A model generated the notes under the pieces. The model was not told the DNA's origin. It saw only the letters and a list, made by a program, of their open reading frames with translations, and did no database searches. Made by a program: the position numbers and the translations under genes. A DNA stretch of 64,000 bases from Gemmatimonadales bacterium (lineage in GTDB: Bacteria > Gemmatimonadota > Gemmatimonadetes > Gemmatimonadales > GWC2-71-9): the NCBI GenBank assembly GCA_036262935.1, contig DATAHW010000108.1, forward strand, positions 23,958 through 87,957. The letters are read 5' to 3'. Of the stretch, positions 13,798 through 21,506 are shown piece after piece (the stretch's first letter is position 1; the number at the start of each line of letters is the position of its first letter).

Positions 13798-15257
13798 AAA
13801 TCGGGACGGCGGCGGGTGTTCGACGGCTTGTCCTCGTCCGCCGGCGGGTTGCGGCGCCGCCGGGGCTCGTCCTCCGGGAGCACCCGGCCGGGCACGCCCG
13901 GCCGGCGGGGCTGTCGAACGACCGTCTGCGTTGCGGCGAAGGCCTGCAGCGAGTCCTCGAGCGCGCGGTACCCCGCCGGATCCTCGCCGCGCAGCACCGC
14001 GAGATAGGGGCTGTCCGGGTAGAGACTGTCCAGCCGCGCCCGTGCCGAGTCGACATCGGCCGGATCGAGCAGTTGCGCGGCCAGGAGCGCCTTGGGGGCG
14101 TAGGGGGAACCAGGCCACGTCTCGGCCAGGTGGCGGAACAGTCCGGCCGCGAGGGCCGGCGCGGCGAGCGTGTCCCGCGCGACCTCGGCCGCGAGAAAGA
14201 GGCGAAGGTCACCGCGCTCGACGCCGGGGCCGGTCGAGTCGCCGAGCTGGCCGAGGCGAGTGAGGGTCGCCCCAAGGGCGGTGGCTTCGGCCCCGGCGCC
14301 GTTCTCCCGCCGGGCCAGCACGGCCAGCGAGTCCGCCACCGGCGGGAGCTCGTCGAGTGTCCGGATCCGGCTCAGGGTCCGGCGCAGCAGCCGGAGCCTT
14401 GCCATGTCGGCACTCTCGCTTCGGGCCGATGCCCCCGCAGCCTCCCGGAGGCGCGCGGCCGCGGCAGCCGTATCCACGGCTTCCAGGCGGAGAGCGTCCT
14501 CGTAGAGGCGGCGCGCCCGGACTTCCGGGGTGAGCGCGGGATCGGCCTGCAGCCGACTCACCAGGGTGGAGGCGGCGCGCGGGTCCTCTCCGCCGAGCGT
14601 CACGAGCACGCTGTCCCAGACCAGGGTCGAGTCCTTCGAGGCGACCAGCGAGTCCGCCAGCGCGAACGCTTCATCCTTCCGCCCCGTACCGAGAAGGGCC
14701 AGGAGCAGGTCGCCCCGGCCGCGCGGATCAGGACTGTCGCGGAGCAGCGCCAGCGCCTCCTCGTGGTGGCCGGTGAGCCGGAGCGCGCGGGCGTGCCGGA
14801 ACCGAGCCTCGTGGCGGCGCGCCGAGTCGGGGCTGTTGATCACCCGGGCGAAGGCGATATCGGCCAGGGCGGCATCGCCCAGCTCGAGCCGGCAGCGGCC
14901 CAGGGCGAGCGCGGCCTCCTCGGCGACGTCATCCCCGAGCCCGGATGCCTGCTCGAGCCGGCCGAGTGGTTCAACCGCATTCGGGCAGTCGCCCAGACGC
15001 GCGAGCGCGAGGCCGCGCAGCACGCTCGCCTGCTCGGCGTACTTGCTCCGGGGATGGTGCGCCACGAGCGAGTCGGCGCGGGTGATCACCTGGCCCCAGA
15101 GGTTCCTGGCTTCCGACGGGCGGCCGTCCCGCTCCGCCTTGCGCGCGGACTTGGTGAGCCGGTTGGTGTTGTACATCCCGTTGTAATAGACGCAGCCACC
15201 GAGGACGAGGGTCCCGGCCAGCAACGCCAGCACGCGTGCCCGCGGCCGGCGGCTCAC
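13794..15257 (-). CDS. TPR-like repeat lipoprotein, function unknown
   Basis: GTG start gives (M)SRRPRARVLALLAGTLVLGGC (lipobox LGGC). The body is Ala/Leu/Arg-rich helical repeats. GTGA overlap with the amidase stop. The rest of the 904-aa track ORF is a different gene in another frame. Confidence 0.7.
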   Translation of the reverse strand: MSRRPRARVLALLAGTLVLGGCVYYNGMYNTNRLTKSARKAERDGRPSEARNLWGQVITRADSLVAHHPRSKYAEQASVLRGLALARLGDCPNAVEPLGRLEQASGLGDDVAEEAALALGRCRLELGDAALADIAFARVINSPDSARRHEARFRHARALRLTGHHEEALALLRDSPDPRGRGDLLLALLGTGRKDEAFALADSLVASKDSTLVWDSVLVTLGGEDPRAASTLVSRLQADPALTPEVRARRLYEDALRLEAVDTAAAAARLREAAGASARSESADMARLRLLRRTLSRIRTLDELPPVADSLAVLARRENGAGAEATALGATLTRLGQLGDSTGPGVERGDLRLFLAAEVARDTLAAPALAAGLFRHLAETWPGSPYAPKALLAAQLLDPADVDSARARLDSLYPDSPYLAVLRGEDPAGYRALEDSLQAFAATQTVVRQPRRPGVPGRVLPEDEPRRRRNPPADEDKPSNTRRRPDL

Positions 15258-16459
15258 CGGCGGGTCCCCGAGTCGGCGGCGGTGCCGGTCTTCCGCTCGT
15301 ATTCGAGCAGGTACTCCACGACGGCGTCGGCGATGGATGCCGCCAGCGCCTTCTGGCTCGTCCTCGTCGTCAGCAAGCGGCCGTCCTGCGGGTTGGTGCT
15401 GTAACCCATCTCCACCAGCACGGCCGGACGCCGGGCGGTGGTGAGCACCATGAAGCCGGCCTGCTTGACGCCACGGTTCTCGCTCGTGTGCGCCCCGTCG
15501 AGCCCGCGCTGGACCAGCTCGGCCAGCCGGGCCGACTCGCGCAGGTGCTCGTTGAGCTGGAGGTCCTTGACGATGAAGTCCAGACCACCGGCGGCGTCCG
15601 CCGGCGAGGGTCCGGTCTCGAACCGGACGGCATCGTTTTCCATCCTGGCCACGCGCGCCGCGTCTTCCGTCCGCGCCTCCGCCAGAAAGAACGTCTCGAA
15701 CCCGCGCACGTCCGTGTAGCCTCTCCGTCGCGCCAGCGAATTCACGTGCAGGCTGACGAACAGATCGCAGGCCTCGGTGCAGTACCCGCCCCGGTCGCCG
15801 AGCGCAATCAGCGTATCGGTGGTGCGCGTCATCCGGACGGTGATGCCGCGGCGCTCGAGCTCGTCCCTGAGCAGGAGGCCGATCTGCAGGGTCACGTCCT
15901 TCTCGTGGGTGCCGCGGGGAAAGAAGATGCCGGGATTGCCCGGGTCCACGCCGCCATGGCCCGGGTCCACGGTGACGACGTGCCCCGGACGCAGGCCGCT
16001 CGGAAGGCGAGCGGGGTTGCTGGCGGCGCGGCCGGCCAGGGTCGTCGTCCGCCCGCGCAGTTCCTCGAGCCGGGCACGCCGCGGATCCCACCGGTACCGC
16101 TCGGCGAGATAGTAGGGAAGGATTTCGGCGACGAACTGGTATGGGAGGAACAGGCTGTCGCCCTGAACGGATGCGGGACCCGCGAGCGGGAGAAGCTGGC
16201 TGCTGAAGAGGTACAGCGGCGCGCCCACGAGGAAGCGGAACGGCTGATCGGCGACGACGACCTCGGCCCAGCCCCCGTCGAGCCGGAGCCGCCCGTCGAG
16301 GGCCGCGATCAGCGGCGCGGCCGGCATCACCGGCGAGCCGGCCGCGTCGCTCCGGACGGGAATGCGCGCCTCGCCGCGCACCGCAGCGATCGTCACCTCC
16401 CGCGGCAGCGTCCCGGGGGAGCCGACCAGCGCCGCGGCCAGGGCAAGTTGGACGATCAC
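15254..16459 (-). CDS. N-acetylmuramoyl-L-alanine amidase (Amidase_3, AmiC-like with an N-terminal targeting domain)
   Basis: VVTVDPGHGGVDPGN, EKDVTLQIGLLLRDEL, DLFVSLHVNS and FMVLTTARRPAVLVEMGY motifs. The GTG start overlaps the smpB stop. Confidence 0.85.
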   Translation of the reverse strand: MIVQLALAAALVGSPGTLPREVTIAAVRGEARIPVRSDAAGSPVMPAAPLIAALDGRLRLDGGWAEVVVADQPFRFLVGAPLYLFSSQLLPLAGPASVQGDSLFLPYQFVAEILPYYLAERYRWDPRRARLEELRGRTTTLAGRAASNPARLPSGLRPGHVVTVDPGHGGVDPGNPGIFFPRGTHEKDVTLQIGLLLRDELERRGITVRMTRTTDTLIALGDRGGYCTEACDLFVSLHVNSLARRRGYTDVRGFETFFLAEARTEDAARVARMENDAVRFETGPSPADAAGGLDFIVKDLQLNEHLRESARLAELVQRGLDGAHTSENRGVKQAGFMVLTTARRPAVLVEMGYSTNPQDGRLLTTRTSQKALAASIADAVVEYLLEYERKTGTAADSGTRR

Positions 16460-16959
16460 CGGCGGCCCCGTACCGATACCGCCCTGGCCGTCTCGCGCTC
16501 GACGGCACGGCGCTTCAGGTCCTCGCGCTTGTCGTGCTGCTTCTTGCCCCGTCCCAGGGCGATCACGACCTTGGCCCGGCCGTTCTTGAAGTAGAGCTCG
16601 AGCGGCACCAGCGTGAGCCCCTTCTGTTCGACCGCCCCGATGAGCTTCTCGATCTCGCGCCGATGGAGGAGGAGCTTGCGGGTCCGGACCGGGTCGTGGT
16701 TATAGCGATTGCCCTGCTCGTACGGGGTGATGTTCATGCCGTCGAGGAACACCTCGCCGTTCCTGAGCCGCGCGTAGGCCTCCTTGATGGAGGCCTTGCC
16801 GGTGCGGAGCGATTTGACCTCGGTGCCGGTCAGCACGATCCCGCATTCCCAGGTGTCCAGGATATGGTAGTCATGCGTCGCCTTCGGGTTGCGGGCGACC
16901 GGCTGCTTGCGCTCGGCTGGCGGGGAGGTCTCGCGGGTCACGTCACCATCCTGAGCCAA
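16456..16959 (-). CDS. smpB: SsrA-binding protein
   Basis: VARNPKATHDYHILDTWECGIVLTGTEVKSLR...LLLHRREIEKL...GLTLVPLELYFKNGRAKVVIALGRGKK is canonical SmpB. Confidence 0.92.
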   Translation of the reverse strand: MAQDGDVTRETSPPAERKQPVARNPKATHDYHILDTWECGIVLTGTEVKSLRTGKASIKEAYARLRNGEVFLDGMNITPYEQGNRYNHDPVRTRKLLLHRREIEKLIGAVEQKGLTLVPLELYFKNGRAKVVIALGRGKKQHDKREDLKRRAVERETARAVSVRGRR

Positions 16960-16996
16960 GGATAGGTCAGCATCGCGAGAGGGTCAATCGGCCGGG

Positions 16997-17025
16997 TTGA
17001 TTCCGCCTCTCGAGGGCGCTAGGTT
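16997..17025 (+). promoter_or_regulatory. candidate promoter of tRNA-Leu (TTGATT-17 nt-TAGGTT)
   Basis: TTGATT at 16997-17002, a 17-nt spacer, then TAGGTT at 17020-17025, 9 nt before the mature tRNA 5' end. Confidence 0.35.
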
Positions 17026-17034
17026 TGCGCCCTC

Positions 17035-17118
17035 GCCGAAGTGGTGGAACTGGTAGACGCGCTGCGTTCAGGGCGCAGTGGGCGCAAGCCCGTGCGGGTT
17101 CGAGTCCCGCCTTCGGCA
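17035..17118 (+). tRNA. tRNA-Leu (anticodon CAG), long variable arm, CCA not encoded
   Basis: Hand-folded as GCCGAAG/TG/GTGG-AACTGGTAGA-CGCG/CTGCG-TTCAGGG-CGCAG/TGGGCGCAAGCCCGT/GCGGG-TTCGAGT-CCCGC/CTTCGGC-A. All four stems are Watson-Crick. The layout matches E. coli tRNA-Leu(CAG). Confidence 0.9.
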
Positions 17119-17124
17119 TGGGGC

Positions 17125-17204
17125 GGAAGGACGGAAAGGCGGAAGGACGGAAGGTAAGGCACGCCGGAGCCACGTGCCGTTTCCTTCCGTCCTTCCGTCC
17201 TTCC
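17125..17204. repeat. long imperfect hairpin built from tandem octamers (GGAAGGAC array facing GTCCTTCC array)
   Basis: The sequence is GGAAGGACGGAAAGGCGGAAGGACGGAAGGTAAGGCACG, loop CCGGAGCCA, then CGTGCCGTTTCCTTCCGTCCTTCCGTCCTTCC. It exactly fills the gap between convergent tRNA-Leu and the CysO-MoeZ gene. Confidence 0.8.
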
Positions 17205-18641
17205 TCAATACCGCGCCATCCCCGGTTCCACCCGCTCCGCCCAGGCATCGATGCCGCCGGCCAGGCTGCGGACCTTGCCGAAACCGGCGCCCCGCAGGAT
17301 CTCGAGCGCCTTCATCGAGCGGCTGCCGTGGTGGCACTGCGTGACGATCTCGGCGTGGCCGTCGAGCTCGTTCAGCCGATCGGGAAGTTGGCTCAGCGGG
17401 ATGAGCCGGGCGCCCTCGATGTGAGCGATCTCCCATTCGTGCGGCTCGCGGACGTCCAACAGTACCAGCTCGGCCCCATTGGCAGTGCGCTCCTGCTGGA
17501 ACTCCTCAACCGAAATCTCCGGCCCCGCATACTCCGGCTCCGCGCCGATCCCGCAGAAGGCCTGATAGTCGATCAGCTCGTGAATCGTCGGGTGGTCGCC
17601 GCAGATCGGGCAGTTCGGGTCCTTTCGCAGCTTGAGCTCGCGGAAGCGGAGCTTCAAGGCATCGAACAGCACCAGGCGGCCAACGAGCGAGTCACCCTCG
17701 CCGAGGATCCACTTGATCGTCTCGAGCGCCTGCAGGCAGCCGATGATCCCGGGCAGCACGCCCAGCACGCCGCCTTCGGCGCAGCTCGGCACCAGTCCCG
17801 GAGGCGGCGGCTCGGAGTAGAGGCAGCGATAGCACGGCCCTTCCTTGGCGTAGAATACCGACGCCTGTCCCTCGAACCGGAAAATGCTGCCGTAGACGTT
17901 CGGCTTCCCGAGCAGGACGCAGGCGTCGTTCACCAGGTAGCGGGTCGGGAAGTTGTCGGTGCCGTCCACGACGATGTCGTAGTCGCGCAGGATCTCGAGC
18001 GCGTTCTCCGAGGTAAGGCGGGTCTCGTGCCCGATCACGTTGACGTTGGGGTTGAGATCCAGGAGGCGCTCCCGGGCCGAGTCGAGCTTGGGGCGGCCGA
18101 GGCTGGCGGTGCCGTGCACCACCTGACGCTGAAGATTGGTGAGGTCGACCGCGTCGAAGTCCACGATGCCGATGGTGCCGACGCCCGCGGCCGCCAGATA
18201 GAGCGTGAGGGGCGAGCCCAGGCCGCCGGCTCCGATCGTGAGCACCCGCGCGGCCTTGAGCTTCCGCTGGCCTTCGAGGCCCACTTCCGGCAGCAGCAGG
18301 TGACGCGAGTACCGCAGCACCTCGGCATGGGAAAGCTTCGGCAGATCCGTCTCCGTCGCCGGGCGGCCGCCCGCGATGCTCGGCACGATGGTGAGCACGT
18401 CGCCCGCGCTCACCGCTGTGGCCGTGGACTCGAGCTGCCGGATGTCGGTGTCGTTGAGGTAGAGGTTCACGAAGTTCCGGAGCTTCCCGTCGTCCTGGAC
18501 GAGGTGGCGCCGGAGGCCGCCGTGGGCGGCGAGCAGCCCGTCCAGCACTTCACCCACGGTGGCGCCGGCCACGGGAACGGCGTCGCGCCCGCCGGTGAAG
18601 TTGCGGAGCGGGGTCGGAATGGAAACGGTCACGGACATCAT
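17205..18641 (-). CDS. fusion protein: CysO/MoaD/ThiS-like beta-grasp sulfur carrier (about aa 1-93, ending ...VPSIAGG), MoeB/ThiF-type adenylyltransferase (E1-like) and a C-terminal rhodanese domain (MoeZ-like)
   Basis: N-terminus MSVTVSIPTPLRNFTGG...FVNLYLNDTDIR...GDVLTIVPSIAGG closely resembles, from my recollection, M. tuberculosis CysO. It continues into LSHAEVLRYSRHLLLPEVGLEGQRKL...VLTIGAGGLGSP (ThiF), CxxC pairs (CYRC, CPIC) and rhodanese (LLDVREPHEWEIAHIEGARLIP...CHHGSRS). Confidence 0.85.
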   Translation of the reverse strand: MMSVTVSIPTPLRNFTGGRDAVPVAGATVGEVLDGLLAAHGGLRRHLVQDDGKLRNFVNLYLNDTDIRQLESTATAVSAGDVLTIVPSIAGGRPATETDLPKLSHAEVLRYSRHLLLPEVGLEGQRKLKAARVLTIGAGGLGSPLTLYLAAAGVGTIGIVDFDAVDLTNLQRQVVHGTASLGRPKLDSARERLLDLNPNVNVIGHETRLTSENALEILRDYDIVVDGTDNFPTRYLVNDACVLLGKPNVYGSIFRFEGQASVFYAKEGPCYRCLYSEPPPPGLVPSCAEGGVLGVLPGIIGCLQALETIKWILGEGDSLVGRLVLFDALKLRFRELKLRKDPNCPICGDHPTIHELIDYQAFCGIGAEPEYAGPEISVEEFQQERTANGAELVLLDVREPHEWEIAHIEGARLIPLSQLPDRLNELDGHAEIVTQCHHGSRSMKALEILRGAGFGKVRSLAGGIDAWAERVEPGMARY

Positions 18642-19069
18642 TACACCTCGCTGAGGACGTCGAGGGACTCGGGATGCATGAGCGGGCGCTCGTCATCCAG
18701 CACCCAGCTCGCCATGCTCGCACCCCGGCCACGGTCGATCTGCACGATCAGATAGCTGTACCACGGCCACGCGTGCTCGGCGTCGAACGGCGACGGCACC
18801 GCGGGATGGTCGGGGTGCGAGTGATAGTAGCCGACGATCTCGAGCCCGGCGGCGCGCACCTCCGCCTCGAGCCGCCTGAGATCGTCCGGGGCGATGAGAT
18901 AGCGGTGCGGATCGTCGGTGCGGCGGTTCACCGCCGGCGACAACCGGAGCACCTCCTTGGTGCCCGCCTCGGTCCGGCCCACCAGCACGCCGCAGCACTC
19001 GGCCGGGTAGGCGGCCTCGCCGTGGCCGCGGATCTCGTCGGCAAGGGCGCCGGGCAGCCGGAGCGTCAT
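18641..19069 (-). CDS. JAMM/Mov34 (MPN+) metalloprotease, Mec-like
   Basis: 142 aa from MTLRLPGALADEIR. It has a catalytic Glu (AYPAECCGVLVG) and the JAMM motif HSHPDHPAVPSPFD. ATGA overlap with the cysM stop and a 1-nt overlap with the next start. Confidence 0.85.
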   Translation of the reverse strand: MTLRLPGALADEIRGHGEAAYPAECCGVLVGRTEAGTKEVLRLSPAVNRRTDDPHRYLIAPDDLRRLEAEVRAAGLEIVGYYHSHPDHPAVPSPFDAEHAWPWYSYLIVQIDRGRGASMASWVLDDERPLMHPESLDVLSEV

Positions 19070-20001
19070 GGGCCGGCCCACCGATGCGGCTCGCTGAGAT
19101 AGCGGGCGCCGGTGTCGCAGCCGATGGCCACCACGTGGGCATCGGGCTCGCGCCGCACGATGTCCATCGCCGCGGCGACGGCCGCCCCGGCGGACCAACC
19201 GACCAGGAGGCCGCTGCTGCGCGCGAGCCAGCGCGCGCTCCGGTCGGCCAGCTCGGTGGGAATCTCGGCAATCACGTCGGGAACCCCGGGATCGAAGAGG
19301 GCGGGCGGCTCGCTGGTGCTGGCGAGGTGCTTGAGCCCTTCGAGCCCGTGGTAGGGCGAGTCGGGCTGCACCCCGACCAGCGTCACCGCCGGGTTGCGCT
19401 CCTTCAGGAAGCCCCCGGTGCCCATCATGGTTCCCGTCGTGCCCATTGCGGCGACGAAATGCGTAATCCGGCCGCCGGTCTGCGCCCACAGCTCGGGGCC
19501 GGTGGTTTCCCGGTGCGCCTGCGGGTTGGCCGGATTGCTGTACTGGTCGGCGTAGAAGTAGCGTGCGGGGTCGGCCCCGGCCAGTTCGCGGGCACGGCGT
19601 GAGGCGCCCTCGGTGCCCTCGAGCCGGTCGGTCACCACGACCTCCGCTCCGTACACCTCGAGCAGCGCGCGCCGCTCGGGACTGGCATTCCCCGGCAGGC
19701 AGATGGTGACCTCCACGCCCGCGGCGGCGCCGAGCATCGCGTAGGCGATCCCGGTGTTGCCGCTCGATGCATCCAGCAGCCGGCGGCCGGACAGCAGTCC
19801 GCGCCGGAGCGCGTCGCGCAGAATCGCACGTGCCGCGCGATCCTTGACGCTCCCGCCCGGGTTCATCCACTCCGCCTTGAGCCAGAACCGGCCCGCGCCG
19901 CCGGGAAGCTCGACCGGCAGCAGCGGGGTGTTGCCCACCGCCTGCCAGAGCGCCGGCTCCCGCACCAACGATAGTTCCCGCAGTTCCCGCGCTGCCGTCA
20001 T
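19066..20001 (-). CDS. cysM: PLP-dependent cysteine synthase, CysM-like (probably uses a thiocarboxylated carrier as sulfur donor)
   Basis: NPGGSVKDRAA (PLP lysine), SSGNTGIAYA and GTTGTMMGTGGFL motifs. I place the start at ATG 20001 (MTAARELRE) behind a GGGAGGG Shine-Dalgarno. The track start TTG 20016 lies in the upstream terminator U-tract. Confidence 0.85.
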   Translation of the reverse strand: MTAARELRELSLVREPALWQAVGNTPLLPVELPGGAGRFWLKAEWMNPGGSVKDRAARAILRDALRRGLLSGRRLLDASSGNTGIAYAMLGAAAGVEVTICLPGNASPERRALLEVYGAEVVVTDRLEGTEGASRRARELAGADPARYFYADQYSNPANPQAHRETTGPELWAQTGGRITHFVAAMGTTGTMMGTGGFLKERNPAVTLVGVQPDSPYHGLEGLKHLASTSEPPALFDPGVPDVIAEIPTELADRSARWLARSSGLLVGWSAGAAVAAAMDIVRREPDAHVVAIGCDTGARYLSEPHRWAGP

Positions 20002-20012
20002 CCGATTCCCTC

Positions 20013-20045
20013 CCAAACGAAAAACCCGACCGGACGGGTCGGGTT
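20013..20045 (-). terminator. Rho-independent terminator/attenuator between the Rrf2 regulator gene and cysM
   Basis: Minus strand reads AACCCGACC-CGUCC-GGUCGGGUU followed by UUUUCGUUU (9-bp stem, 5-nt loop, U-tract). The cysM Shine-Dalgarno follows immediately. Confidence 0.6.
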
Positions 20046-20066
20046 GCGAGCGAAACCACCGCGGCG

Positions 20067-20525
20067 CTAGCTCCCGGACGAGATCCCGACCAGCTCCTGG
20101 ACCTGTGGCTCCTGTTTCATCAGGTCGGCGAGGGAGATGCTCGCCAGCAGCTCGTCCACCCGCTGCTGGAGCGCCTGCCAGACCGGCCGGATGCTGCAGG
20201 TGGCCCCGGGGCTACATCGCACGACATCGACCGGGTGGGTGTCGCAGTTCACTTCGAACGTCTGATGCTCGGACGCGGACATGACATCGTGGACCGAGAT
20301 GGCGGCGGGCTCACGGGCCAGGAAGTAGCCGCCCTTGGCACCACGGACGCTTTCCACCAGCCCGGCGCGCCTGAGCCGGAGCAGGATCTGCTCGACATAG
20401 TCGGCCGGCAGACGCTCGACGTCGGCGAGCTCCCGCGCGGCCACGGGACCGTTCCCCGCCCGGCCGCGACGAGCCAGATGAAGCGAGATGATCAGACTGT
20501 ATTCGGTCCAGGTGGTGACCCGCAT
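20067..20525 (-). CDS. Rrf2-family transcriptional regulator (CymR/IscR-like)
   Basis: MRVTTWTEYSLIISLHLAR...VAARELADVERLPADYVEQILLRLRRAGLVESVRGAKGGYFLA is an Rrf2 winged helix. C-terminal Cys residues (CDTHPVDVVRCSPGATC) are possible cluster ligands. Confidence 0.85.
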   Translation of the reverse strand: MRVTTWTEYSLIISLHLARRGRAGNGPVAARELADVERLPADYVEQILLRLRRAGLVESVRGAKGGYFLAREPAAISVHDVMSASEHQTFEVNCDTHPVDVVRCSPGATCSIRPVWQALQQRVDELLASISLADLMKQEPQVQELVGISSGS

Positions 20526-20531
20526 GAGCGC

Positions 20532-20560
20532 AATATGGACCGTCAGAGGTCCGGATTCAA
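20532..20560 (-). promoter_or_regulatory. candidate promoter of the Rrf2 gene (TTGAAT-17 nt-CATATT), probably leaderless, with an inverted repeat in the spacer
   Basis: Minus strand reads TTGAAT (20560-20555), 17 nt, then CATATT (20537-20532). The ATG at 20525 is only 6 nt downstream of the -10 box. The spacer holds GGACC-N6-GGTCC (20537-20552). Confidence 0.45.
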
Positions 20561-20588
20561 TGGCTTCGAGGCCTGGCCGGCCCGCGCC

Positions 20589-21389
20589 TCACCGCTTGTC
20601 GGCCGCGGTCCACCGCGCCACCTCCTCGGCGCTGAGCGATCCGTACGGCCGGATGCGCGCGTCGCGGAAGCTGCCGCCGAACACGTCGCCCAGGTACTGC
20701 GACCAGGAGAGCAGCGTGCCGTAGCACACCGGATCGTCGGCATCGGGGCCATCGAGCTCCGGCGCCAGCCGCTCGAGCAGCTCGCGCATGACCCACGCCG
20801 GGATGCGCGAGCGCGCGCTGGGATAGATGAATCCGTACAGCACCAGGTGGCTCAGGAGGACCCGCCAGTGCGGTCCGAAGCGATCCAGCAGCCGGCGCCA
20901 GTCGAGCCGGTCGCCATAGGCCAGGATGATATGGGCGACGTCGGCGCCGTCGAACCGCTCGCGCTCCTGGACGAAAGCCTTGGACCAGAGACTCTCCTCG
21001 GCCGGCGCCACCTGCACGGTGAGGCCGAGCACGTTCTGCTGGGTCGCGTGCTCGAACCACTGCTCGTCCACCACGGCGAGGCCGTTGCCCGAGCTGAAGA
21101 TCACGTCGATGAACGACTCGCCCGAGCGGATCTTGGCCAGCCAGTGGGAGAAGACCAGCTCGGCCTCGTAGCCCGCCGCCGAGCACACCTCCAGCAGCCG
21201 GTGAACGTCGCAGGGGCGGACGAAGAGGTCGAGATCCTTGGTGGAGCGGTCGATCCCCGCCTGATGCACGAACGCGAACGCCCCGCCCACGAGGAACGGC
21301 ACCTCCGCGCGGGTCAGGATCTCCATCGCCTGACGATAGTAGGCCCTCGAAGGGGTCTCGACGAGCGACTGCGTGGGGGCCAGAGCCAT
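20589..21389 (-). CDS. hypothetical protein, nucleotidyltransferase-fold-like
   Basis: 266-aa ORF with normal composition. VPFLVGGAFAFVHQAGIDRSTKDLDLFV resembles the G[SG]-x-DhD pattern of Pol-beta-type nucleotidyltransferases. The family assignment is tentative. Confidence 0.55.
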   Translation of the reverse strand: MALAPTQSLVETPSRAYYRQAMEILTRAEVPFLVGGAFAFVHQAGIDRSTKDLDLFVRPCDVHRLLEVCSAAGYEAELVFSHWLAKIRSGESFIDVIFSSGNGLAVVDEQWFEHATQQNVLGLTVQVAPAEESLWSKAFVQERERFDGADVAHIILAYGDRLDWRRLLDRFGPHWRVLLSHLVLYGFIYPSARSRIPAWVMRELLERLAPELDGPDADDPVCYGTLLSWSQYLGDVFGGSFRDARIRPYGSLSAEEVARWTAADKR

Positions 21390-21506
21390 GCCGTCTCCTC
21401 CTCAGGGCCGTCACCTCATCGGGGCAGAATACGATACCCCCTCTCTCGAGTCCGGCGTTGTGCCGGGGATCACCGCTCCCCCTCCCGGGGGAGAATTGAT
21501 TGGGGC

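Noticed and set aside
13794-16508. Track ORFs that look like giant proteins (13794..16508, 904 aa; 36063..39029, 988 aa; 3152..7087, 1311 aa; 25578..27530, 650 aa; 18641..20059, 472 aa)
   Set aside because: Only the C-terminal part of each has a protein-like sequence. The N-terminal extensions run through the upstream gene in another frame. Real starts were placed at internal ATG/GTG codons, usually in NTGA overlap with the upstream stop.
16960-17204. tmRNA (ssrA) or tRNA-Sec next to smpB
   Set aside because: The only structured RNA gene is an 84-nt tRNA with anticodon CAG and a Leu-type long variable arm. The remaining sequence is the octamer hairpin, which has no tRNA-like domain or tag reading frame.
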